Positions 34,590-47,600 of a DNA stretch of 64,000 nt are shown piece by piece. The notes under the pieces were generated by a model. The model had not been told where the DNA came from and searched no databases. It saw nothing but the letters and a program-made list of their open reading frames with translations. Source of the DNA: Paraspadella gotoi. Its lineage: Eukaryota > Animalia > Chaetognatha. The stretch covers positions 12,903,770 to 12,967,769 of the forward strand of contig CM119268.1 of assembly GCA_051294375.1 (NCBI GenBank). Direction: 5' to 3'. Each line of letters begins with the position of its first letter. Positions within the stretch are counted from its first letter, which is position 1. A program made the translations under genes and the position numbers.

Positions 34590-34919
34590 TCATTTCTGAC
34601 GTGGGTTAAGCCTTTCCCTCCTTTCATCCCAACCGATTTCCTCGTCTACATCCTCTCTCTCGTCCCGAATTTCTTTCTCGCTTTTCTCCAATCTTCTCTG
34701 TCGATCTTCATGCTCTTTTTCTAACATAGATGTTCTAAACGAAAAGTTATATCGTGCATGCCATACTTGTCTTAGATGAAGTGGTTGACTTATATTTAGT
34801 CATAATTATTAGTCTATCTGTTGATTTTCTATTATTCTCCGATTTGTCATGAATTTGTTGATAATTTTTTTCCCTCCATTCAAAAAAGTTTCGGATGATG
34901 GGCATCCATGTTATATTGT
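34590..34919 (-). CDS. Possible 3' exons of an unannotated antisense gene (charged, coiled-coil-like)
   Basis: Open exons 34919-34767 and 34720-34590 join in frame across a 46-nt GT-AG intron (…KEHEDRQRRLEKSEKEIRDERED…QK*). Confidence 0.3.
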
Positions 34920-35778
34920 CTTATAAATGTTGCGTCGGTCAAAAAAGAAATAACTTTTTTGTTTCTTTCCCCGCTCCAGATAAAAAATATACATTTGAAA
35001 AAATGTGGATTTGTTGCTTTTTAACTATTGTCAAACTCTATCTACTGTCGCTCCTGTTTTATTTCAATAAAATTTAAAAACGTAGTACTATTTATTTGTT
35101 TTTGCGAAGTGTTTTATTCGAGCGCAAGAAAAGTCATATTCAAATATGTTAGGATCAGATGATCAGAACGGAACTCTTGCTGCGTTTTCAGCAACAATAT
35201 TTGATCATTTTTCTCCGCAATTTTGTCAATTAGGAATTTCTTTCAGTGGTATTCCCAATAAGTGTTGTTTGTAGCTTTTTTACATTTACACCTCGATGAC
35301 CTATTAAAAACAAGACATTCGCCAGTATAGAAGCTTTATAATTATAGGAGAAAAAAGATCTGTTTGCCAATTCATTTCTCGATTATGACGGTTGATAAAA
35401 AGGCGGATTAGCTACTTGCCTATTTCCGTTTTCGTCATCGTTGCTCTGTTTTCCTATTGTTTCCCTCTTTTCTTACTCTTGTTCCTTTCTCTTTCTGGTG
35501 GTCATTTCTCCTTTTAGTTTTACCTTTCTTATTTTCTTTTCCTTTCACATTCTTTGCTTCCTGTTCCTGTTGCTTTCTCTTTTCTACGTTTCGATATATG
35601 TTGAATCAGCGAATCGCATTCCTTATTTGCATATTACATGTCTATCGATTCCTTGCCTTGATCATTGTAGATTTTATTTTGTTCGCATTTTGCTGGCAAC
35701 AGCCGCAACACCCAACATCGAAATTTGAAAGACAAAATATCGTTCCTTTCCCGGAGAAAGGTCCAAACATAAAAAACA

Positions 35779-38700
35779 ATGGGGAAGCGACCTTTTAACA
35801 CAACCAAGGGGGGTAAATTCATGAACCCCACCGACCAAGCGCGGAAAGAGGCAAGGAAACGGGAGCTGAAGAAGAACAAGAAACAACGTCAGATGGTCAG
35901 GACAGCCGTGCTTAAGGGCAAAGACCCAAAGATGCTGATATACGGTGCGTTATGAATTGAGTGTTTTGCTCTAAACAAACTTGAAAACTTCATTAGTATA
36001 TTTACGATCCTCAATCCATTACAGAACTTGAGAAGTTGGACGAGATGGAGTACGACCCAATCAATGCACCCACATTGGGTGAAAAAGTACTCAAGGAGAA
36101 AAGGCGTAAAGTTGGTGAGACCTTGGAACGAGTGTTGCGTCTCTACCAGCGAGAGGATCCAGCTGTGTACACAGATATGCGTAAAATTCAGATAGACTAT
36201 GAGAAGAAGAGAAGGGAAAAACAGGTGGGCGTCCCGGTGATTTCCGTTGGATGTCCTTAGAGCGACGAATCACAGTTCTCTATTTTCAACTCAGGCCTAC
36301 TTCGAGGCCGTCCGCGAGGCTCAGCGCGTCACTGTCGATGCCATTCCGATGCCCGACGCTCCTTTGGGGCTTAAGGGTCTCGTCCCGACCGAGGACGGGG
36401 CCACGCCCGCCGATATCCCACTGCCACCCGAAGCCAAAGCCTCCGTCCAACCCTTTTCCTTAAAGATCCATCCTAAACCGGCGCAAGGCATCTTAAAACC
36501 TTCTAACGCCCTCAAAGGCTCATCGCAGATCTTACCGCCGGAGGTCATCGCCAAGAAACGGAAAAATCCACCCGGTAGTCATGACGTTGAGTCTCAACTA
36601 GGCAGTAGAGTGGAAATTTTGAACAAAAATTTTGAGTGAAAGGATATTTAAACGTGAGATAGTATAATTATCGAGTAAAAAAATATTTATTTCGGTGTTT
36701 GAGGAACAGTAATATTAAATGTAATATATGCTCCCTCTATTTCCAGAAGACAACATTGACTTCCCCCTCCCAAAATGAGTTATTAGATATAATAAACAAA
36801 ATTTACAAAAAAATAATATATATATATAATTAAATAATATAGATCGAATAGTAAAACATTCATAAAATATTAAAAAATATAAGATAGTGAAACAAGTAAT
36901 TTTGCAAATTTTAATATTTATACTATTATCCTTAATTCCTCATAAATAATAAAAATTTTTTACAGATTCCGATTCTTCAGAAAAAGTTAAACCAAAAATA
37001 TAAAATATGTTATCAAAAATTCTTGTCTTCAGCGTCAAAAACGTCAAATACTTTCTGTAGTAGAAACGATTATATTGGTTGTACCAATTTCATAAAAAGT
37101 TTGTTATTTTTCGCAGTTTTAACATAAAATTATCATAAAACATAAAAGGTTTTTTATTTTTTCTGGCGAATCCGAAACTTCTTAAAATTAAAAAAAATAT
37201 TACTTTGAAATTTCATTATTTTATAATGGTATTATAATGAATAAAATTCAATTTATAATACTGTTATAGAAAATTTTATTAAAAAATGGCTCAAATATAC
37301 AATGGCAGCAAAAAACATTGTTCAATCGCTCAATCTTTTCATTGCTCCACCCTACTGGGCAGCTTTGGCGAAATCGTTTTAAGATATTGAAAAAGTACGA
37401 ATTTTAAAATAACTTCTCTTCGCGTCAAGGCCCACCCCCCGGCCCACCACCTTCTCTTTCGGACGATGAAGACGTTTCGGTCAAGGATCCCACCCAGCGG
37501 GCGCTGATGGTGGCGATGGAGCGTGAGAAGCGCTTACGTGAGGCCGAAGAGATGGTAGTTCAGCAAGGGCTCGTCGACCCTGGTGGTCTGCTGCTACAGC
37601 AACAAAGGAGGATTAGGTATCACTGGGGAAGCTGTAGATTCCTTCGTCTTTCGCTATTTCTTTTTTTTTTATTTCACTCCAGATTCTCTGATGAAACGGC
37701 CGGAGTTCCTTCTTCCCAGCTGGACCCTCTCGCGGCGGCGATGGACGCAGTCGCCCAGCAACAGCAACCCGCTATTCTTAAGGCTAAAGCTCCAGCGCCG
37801 GTTACTAACTTGCAAATGCTCATGCTGTCGATGGCGGGCCAACCTGCTCCAAAAGGTCCTTCCAAGGACGACCCCTCTGCAGCCAATTCCGCCGTTTCGG
37901 GCGCCGAAAAGGAGAAGGCAGGTGCGGGCGTCGTCGCTGGAAGCAGCGTGGTAGCTCTGAGCGACATTGTGCTTCCTCCTGGTACTAACGAGGCCCAGCC
38001 TCAGCCGACGCCTCACCAGCAGCTACCGCCGATGAGACCTCCTGGTTTGATGCCGCCTGGTCCTCCTCCTGGTCTTCCACCGAATGCTGCTCTTCTTTAC
38101 CGCGGGGGTCCTCCCGTCGGCCCTCCTCCTCGTCTCATGCCTCCCGGTCCTCCCCCGGGCCGTCCACCGATGGGAATGCCGCCCGGGCCTCCTCCCGGAC
38201 TTCCGCCTCCGGGCATCCCCAGAGGGGTGGGTGATTAAATGAGTCCATGACTCTGAAACTTAGTTCCATTATGTATTGATCCTATCACCGCTTCTCTATA
38301 GGTTCCGCCCCGTCTTCCTCCCGGTATGCTTGTCCGCCAATTCGGCAGCGCCCTGGCACCTCTTCCACAAACCGGCGTGGTGTCCGCGGCGCCGCGTCTT
38401 GTCAAAGGCGCCGTCGGTGCCGACAAGGACGACGAGGTCGTTGTTGCCGCCGCCGAGGAGGAGATTAGGAAGAAGACGCAAATCAACCAGGTGAAAGGGA
38501 TTTGTGGGGATTTTTAAGGCGCTTTGTGTAATGATAACCGGATCGGATTTAATATGTTTTGACTTTTTGAAAAACAAGTTTGAGCAAACAATGTCGGATC
38601 TGCCCACGATAATTTAGCGGTAAGCAGCTAATCGGATGTATCTTTCTTTCTTTAAATGAAAAATAAGGGAGTATTTTCCATCCATAAGATGTGATGTTAA

Positions 38701-38985
38701 ATGTGATGACAGTCATTTATTGATGCGATCAAAGTCAATCATAAAAACAGATAATCATTCATTATTGCAATGATAACGGTTTATTGTTGCAATAAGAATT
38801 TATGGATGCGAGGTTAAGGATTTTTTTATACAGTCAGAATGATTTATTGATCGTATAATAGTCGATGCCATGGAAATCAATCAATCAATCATAGTCGATC
38901 ATAAATAATCCAATGAGAGAAAGAGAGAGAGAGAGACAAACAAAACTGATCATAACCTAATAAAAATGATGATGATGGTCCAATG

Positions 38986-39023
<38 letters not shown>

Positions 39024-39661
39024 AACAAAACTTATCATAACAGATAAAAACCTGATAAAAATGATGATGATGAAGTTGGTCCAATGATATGAGTGAGAGA
39101 GAGAGAGACACAACTGATAATGATAGATCATAACATAATAAATATAGATAAATATTAAATATAAAAACGATCAATCAATCATACTTCAATAAGATAATTA
39201 CTCCATGTTAATCAGCAATCAGACAATCATTTTATTTGAGACAGAGAGAGAGAGACATAAAACAACAAGATAATGTTCGATTCCATCGAAACTTCATATC
39301 TAGCTTCATCACACTCTTTCAGGTCTCCAAGAAGACTGGTGCCACGATTGTGGCGACTCCGCAGATCCGTAAAGTCAATCCAGACGTGACAAGATTCATG
39401 CCCACCTCCCTCAAAGTCAAGCGAGCTGCAGGTGCGTTTTGTTTTGCCGGCATTTTGGAAGATTTTTGCATTAAAAAATATTAGCTTCAAATTTAAAATA
39501 TTTTTTATTTCGTCGAAGGCGCGCTGTCAGGTCAGAAAGGACGTCGGGTTGAGGAAGAATCCCCGACGGAGCTGCCGACACGGCCAACGCCAGCCATGAA
39601 GTCGAAAAATAAAGACGCCGCGTACGAGGACTTCATGAAAGAAATTGAAGGATTGCTGTAA
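35779..39661 (+). CDS. WBP11: WW domain-binding protein 11 (SIPP1/Npw38BP), multi-exon
   Basis: [33 protein letters not shown], a PPGPPP-rich region, [13 protein letters not shown] and [16 protein letters not shown]. Confidence 0.95.
36606..37354. mobile_element. hAT-type MITE, copy 1, in a WBP11 intron
   Basis: TIR tagagtgga/tccacccta; 8-bp TSD ctaggcag/ctgggcag (7/8 match); interior homologous to 47681-48309. Confidence 0.8.
38573..39315 (+). mobile_element. HINE family A, 3'-truncated copy with (GA)n tracts, in a WBP11 intron
   Basis: aacaagtttgagcaaacaatgtcggatctgcccacgataatttagcggtaa matches 9563-9610; the ttccatcgaaact core is at ~39281. Confidence 0.7.
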
Positions 39662-39769
39662 CGTGCTGTGCATTTCACACTGGCTATCCACTTGAGCATC
39701 GTTCCTTCGACCCGATCTCCCCCCCTCCCAACGGGTCCGCCGCCCATTGTAGTCTATAAATATATTTAG

Positions 39770-41156
<1,387 letters not shown>

Positions 41157-41451
41157 AAACAAAACTTCTATTATTGTAAACCGATCTGTGAAAAGTGATT
41201 CATCATAGGCTCGCCTTTTTCTTTCACATACTTCGGACAATTTTTTTGGTTCGATCGTTTTCGGTTATACCCGTCGGTTTTCATAAAAAAAACTTCGTAC
41301 CGAAAAACTGTCGGACTTTGCTTATAATCGTAGCACTTTCAATTTTTTTTCAGACCGAAACATGGTTAATATTTACAAAAACCCGTGTTCCTGGTAATAA
41401 AATTGGGATAGCAAAAAAAAAAGACTGCGATTAAAAAAAAAAATTTAAAAA

Positions 41452-44286
41452 ATGAGAACTGGCAGTAGCGGAAAGCGAAGCGAGGCGACTCATACTCCTC
41501 CCGGGCCCCGCGCATCTGTTCCCGTCCCTACTCAGTTTCAACTTCAATCCCCGGCCCAAAGTTCGCCCAACGTCGATCTGTCCCGCCTCCGCCCGCTCGT
41601 CCGTTCCTCCCTCGATAGCGGTCATTTCGAGACAGCTATTTTTTGGGCGGACAAAATAATGACGCTTTCCGGGGGAGATCCCACTGACGTCTACTGGATG
41701 GCTTTCGCGCTCTTCCAGGTGATAATTTTGATGAAAAAAACTATAAAAAAAACTGTTGCTGAAGGTACCTACTAGGAACTACCTAGTAATATTATTCTTT
41801 TTCTCCATCCAAGTCTGGCCAGTACCATCGTGCAGCGCATTTGATTCAATCGCGCAATTTGGACTCGTCCCATTTAGCGCTGCGCCTGCTGACGGCGCGG
41901 TGCTTAGCGGGAGCGCGAGAATGGCAACGTGCTATCGACCTTCTCGAAGACGAAGCCGTCCTCGAAGCGCGCACCGACAACGCTGACGTCATTCTCCAGA
42001 CTCCCGTTAATAAACTTAAAAGCTCACTCGCTTTGTTGAAGGGCCAGGTAGGATATTGATTACGAGTGTTTTATAAAAACATGTCATGTCGTAAATATGT
42101 ATTTTGTACATGACTTTGTTCGCATTTAAGGCCTACGAAGCCTTGGAAAACCGCAGCCTCGCCGCGGAAAACTTTCGCGTCGCCATCCTGGAAGACGTTT
42201 TCAACTTTGAGGCCTTCGAACTCTTGGTTTCCCACCACATGCTGACTGCGGAGGAAGAGGCGGAACTCCTGCTCAGTCTCCCACTGAAGCAACAATGCTG
42301 CGCCGAGGAGGTCGAATTAATAAGGCGAGAACCGGTTTCCACGATGAAATATTTATTACGTATATGTAAGTCCCAAAAATGTTATTTTCCTCTTTTATCA
42401 GATTTTTGTACGAAAACCGTTTGAAAAAGTACGACAAACCAGCGGAGATGGTGATTCCCAGTGCCTTGGAGAAGCTCGAAGAAAACCTAGACGTTTGTGT
42501 GAATTTGGCCGAGCGTCACTACTACAACTGCGACATTAGGGAGAGTCACAACATCGCGTCTGCGGTGCTCAGCAAGGGTACGAGTTCCTACATAGTTTAG
42601 AAGGAAACGGAATAAAAGAAATTCTCGAACGAGTATTAAATTTAGAAAAAGAAAAAAAAAACGTTAGTTATAAAAGAGCGAGAAAAAAACCGACAATGAA
42701 GGCAATTAGCATTTTTTTTAGGGGAGAAAAAAATATGCAAATTGAATTTTCGCCCTTTTGTCAGACCCTTATCACGCCGCCTGCCTTCCGCTTCACATCG
42801 CCATCCTTGTGGAGTTAAACAAATCCAACGATCTCTTCTACCTCGCCCACACTCTAGTCGATCTTTATCCGGGAAAGCCCGTCTCTTGGTTCGCCGTCGG
42901 ATGCTACTACATGCTCGTGAACAAGCACGAGACCGCGCGAAGGTTTTTGATTCGAACTTGGTCTGGTTTTGTTTCGAAGCTTCCGCCTCCAAACTCGCCC
43001 TTTTATCTTTTCCAGATTCCTAAGTAAGGCTACGTCTCTCGATCGTGTTTATGGCCCCGCCTGGCTGGCATTCGGTCATTCCTTCGCCGCCGAGAACGAA
43101 CACGATCAAGCCATGGCCGCCTACTTCACCGCCTCGCAGGTGTTGACTGCAAACTGATTCTGTAGCCACTAGCCATCCGTTTGATGCTATTTATTTTGAA
43201 ACCCCATTCGTAATCATAAGGAAGTTGTAAGAGAAAAAATCTTAACGGTTTTAATATATAGGTCATGCGCGGTTGTCACCTTCCGGTTCTTTACATCGGT
43301 TTGGAATATGGATTAACGAACAATCCCAAATTGGCCGAGAGATTTTTCACCCAGGTTTGTGTGTTTCTTTGATTTTAAAAATGTAATCATTTATTTGGGA
43401 TTTTTCTTCTGTATAGGCTTTAAGCGTGGCTCCTAGCGATCCTTTCGTTCTCCACGAAATGGGCGTCATTGCGTTTCAAAATGGTGATTACTCTGCTGCC
43501 GAAAAGATGTTTAAAGAAGCCTTTCAAAAAGTTCACGAGGTAGTACAAGAATAATCCTCACAAACTGTACAGTATACAAACGTTACGTTTTTGGTTCGTT
43601 GCTCTTTTATTCTTATTTTTTAGTTGTAACTATTTATTTCTCCCCACAAGGTAACCACAGATGTGACGTTACTGGAAAAGTGGGAACCACTGTTGAATAA
43701 TCTTGGCCACGCGGCGAGGAAGTTGAAAAAGTACGACGAGTCTCTTGAATTTCATCGTAAGGCGCTCGTATTGGTGCCGCAAAATCCGTCAACGTTATCT
43801 TCCATCGGTATATATACGTAAAATTTTAATGGCAACTGTTATCTTTTCATTTGTTAATCTATGCCTTGCTTGTAACTTTTTTTAAGGATTCGTTCACCTG
43901 CTGATGTTCAACGCGTCCCAGGCCGTCGATTATTTTCATAAGGCGTTGGGCATTCGACGAGACGATACTTTCTCGTCCACGATGCTGGAACAGTCGCTGG
44001 AGATGATGCTCGCCGATTTGGGTCAGTCTCTCCGTTGATTTCATTACAGAAAAAAAAAATTAAACTCGAATTCGATATAGGGCCTCACGAGGGCGAAAGT
44101 GTCCCTTCACCTGACGAAGTCCTCCTGACGGAAAACGTCCCCCCGAAAGTCAACGCCTCCTTCTCGAATCTCAACGACGACGACGCCGCCATTTTTAGGT
44201 CGTTGAAAGAAAAGAACGAATCCAAGTTGAAAACGTTGGACTCGACGATGGAAGACGCTTCCACTGTCTCCATGGACCTGCAATGA
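41452..44286 (+). CDS. CDC16: APC/C TPR subunit Cdc16/APC6, multi-exon
   Basis: TAIFWADK, EAFELLVSHHMLT, SWFAVGCYY, YGPAWLAFGHSFAAENEHDQAMAAYFTA, DPFVLHEMGV and WEPLLNNLGH. Confidence 0.95.
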
Positions 44287-44651
44287 CGTACGGCGAATTT
44301 TATTTCCAGAGTTTTGTTTTTTGTTTTAAACTCTTATTTTTCACCTGCGATCGTTGAGAATTTTGTTTCAATTATTACATTTTTTACTCCCATTACAATA
44401 AAAATAGATTTGTTTATTATCGTTTTGACTCGCACACCTCACTCGTTATTACCAAACCCACACTCTACCGGCATGAGTGTTCGTCCTGTCGCCAAAGCTA
44501 ATGACTTAGGCGAAAAATACTGACAGAACTGACCTTCGCACGAACCCACGCACGCACTCTGTCATCCAAATGATCGTCTTCGATCGTATGCCGACGAAGG
44601 CGAATAGGAAATCCTGCGACCCCAATAGTCTTTCTTGATTCGGAAAATAAA

Positions 44652-47600
44652 ATGGCGGAGTTGGGCGCTTCGCATCGATTCCTTCATGTCGGTGACATCG
44701 TCTCCCTCTACGCCGAGGGGCGCGTCAACGGCTTTATCTCGACGCTCGGTCTCGTTGACGACAGATGCGTGGTCCAACCAGATGTCGGCGACTTGAAAAA
44801 GCCGCCCAAAAAGTTCCGCGACTGCCTCTTTAAGGTCTGCCCCATGAGTCGCTACGCCGCCCAGAATCAGTTCTGGAAGGCGGCCAAGCAGCAGGGACAC
44901 GCCCACGCGAATCCGGCCGACGCAGTGCTGCTTAAGCAGCTACAGCGCGCCGCCGACATGGAAAAAAAGCAAAACGACGTAGAGAGCAAGAAGATGCAAG
45001 GGCACGTGCTACAATACGGCAATGTGGTACAGCTTCTGCACGTCAAGAGCAACAAGTACCTCACTGTGAACAAGCGACTCCCGGCACTCCAGGTTTTGGA
45101 AGGCGTAATTACGCCATAAAGACGTTTTTACTGACGCCGGTTCTGGAATAAAAGTTCAATTCTTAAAATTACGGGCAGGAAAGAAACGCCATGCGCGTCA
45201 CATTGGACAACAACGGAAACGAGGGTTCCTGGTTTTATATCGTCCCGCACTTCAAACTGCGCTCGCCCGGTAAGAGCTTGACTTGGCACTAATATTTTGA
45301 GATAATCTATTTTGTTATCATTTTCTTACTTTTTTATTTACATTTCATTAAATTGTACTTTTTAATCTTTATCCGCCAGGTGACAACGTGGTGGTAGGTG
45401 ATAAAGTTGTACTGAACCCAGTCAACGCAGCTCAACCGCTTCACGCCTCGACTTTTAAACTGAACGACAACGCCGGTTGCAGAGAGGTCAACTCGATAAG
45501 CTGCGACACAAGTTGGAAAATTACTCTCTTTATGGATCACTCGTGAGTCAGCTCGGTTTTTATGGCGTAATTCTGAGCATTTTTAGTAAAAAGTCTTGAT
45601 CAGATTATTTCCACACAAATATTTTCAGGCTACAGTGGCTCGTGTCGGTGTGTATTTGTGATAATTTTTGAAGTGATTTTGTCATCGGTTATATGTATTT
45701 TTAAGCAAATTAACTGTTTGTTTTCGTTAAGGGAGATCGCAAGAATTTTCTTCGACCACCCGTACTAATTAATTATTCTCTTATTTCTTATTTTCTTATC
45801 TTGATTTCTTTTTTTTTCTAATCATCTTCATTTAGCGAAAACAAAGACGACATCTTGAAGGGCGGCGACGTTGTCCGGCTCTTCCACGCCGAGCAGGAAA
45901 AGTTTCTTACCTGCGACGAATACAAGAAAAAGCTCTACGTGTTTCTTCGCACCACTGGACGCGCCGCCGCCAACGCCGCCACGAGCAGCAAGGTGCGTTA
46001 TTTTTTTCATCGGTTTAAAGCTTCCAGTATAAACTCGTCATTTTTTGTGCCAGGCGTTGTGGGAGGTTGAAGTGGTGCAACAAGATCCTTGCAGAGGCGG
46101 AGCCGCGCATTGGAACTCTCTCTTTCGTTTCAAACACTTGGCCACCGGTACGTCATTATTTCTTTATTTATTTTGTTGTTTGCATTTGGCCGTTTATTTC
46201 CTATTTTTATTTTTCCATCTTTTCTAAAACAGACCAGTATTTGGCGGCAGAAGTGGACATTGATCCGACAATGGATCCTATGCGCGACAAGTTGCGTGGT
46301 CCGGTGGCAGGTATACCTGTTTACCAGTTAGTCCCAGTGCCTCACGGACACGACATCGCTTCCATCTTCGAGGTGGACGCGACAACGGTCAACCGCGCCG
46401 ACTCGCTCGTCCCAAGAAACTCGTATGTTCGTTTACGACATTTGTGCACCGGTGAGCAAAAACAATTAAAAAATTTGAAATGTTTTGTTTACAAGCATTC
46501 AAATCTTTTCCGATAAAGGGACTTGGGTTCACTCAACCTCGATAGCTTTGGACACTGATGTCGAGAAACCGATAATGTCCAAAGTCGGATGCGCTGCCTC
46601 CCGAGAGGACAAGGAAGCGTTCGCTATCGTTCCGGTATACTTGGAACCTGTTCTGATAAATTAACCACCGGCCAGCTTATTTGTATATTTATAAACTAAT
46701 TAACTGCCAACTAGTGGTATTTTCTAGCATAATTCTGTGTTTACACCGACCCTTTTAAATAAAATTCTATAAATATAGAAAAGTTAGCTGCAATCATAAA
46801 ATTATAAATATTAATTATTTAACTTTTAATTGATCCACTAACAAACTTTATTATTTGCCAGAGTAAAATAACAATATTAAATCCCAAAGGCAATAGCATA
46901 AAATTTTATCAATACCTGATCAAAATACTGCAAATCAGATTTAACTCGGTCACATTAGAAATAATGCACAATTTTCTCTGCAACAGATTAACTTTCAATC
47001 TTATTTTCATATTCTAGCAGTTTACATTATTCATCATATATTTTTATTCAGTTTTATTTGGTGTTTTTTTTACTCAATTTGTCCCATATCATTTTTCAAG
47101 GTTCCCGCAAACGAAGTTCGAGATTTGGATTTTGCCAACGACGCTTCTAAGGTTTCCTTTTTTTTCGAATATGTTGACTGTTCGAAAATGTCACATGTAA
47201 ATTGATATTAAAGGTTTTGATGGCATTCGCAGCGAAGCTGGAGGAGCAGAGCATTACGCAGCAGGAATCCCGCCTGCTGATTAAACTGCTGACTGACCTC
47301 ATTTATTTCGTCACTGATACCGAGAACACCGGGGGTAAGTCGCTTCTGGATCAAACTCTTGATATCAGATTTATTGTCATTTGCACTCTTTTTGATAACC
47401 CGGGAATTTCGGCCCTCTCGTCCACAGTAAAGAGATTGGACGAAAAGACAAATTCTGCACCCGGTATTCGATTAGTTTGCGCTCAGTATTTTTGTTTTTC
47501 CCCCATAATTTCCTTATAAATGTTGGAAAACTCAGTTCTGTGCTGAAATTTACAGCCGTGTCAACTTAAGTTTTCGCCATTTCCAATTTTATCTTCTACA

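Noticed and set aside
35100-35620. Minus-strand frames broken mostly by TGA, suggesting Sec/Trp recoding
   Set aside because: TAG and TAA also interrupt the same frames, TGA is a normal stop in neighbouring genes (POLE, arrestin, CDC16), and no SECIS was seen.
38880-39260. Tandem-looking repeats with spacers (CRISPR-like)
   Set aside because: (GA)n and atg-rich minisatellite inside a eukaryotic transposon; no constant repeat with unique spacers and no cas genes.
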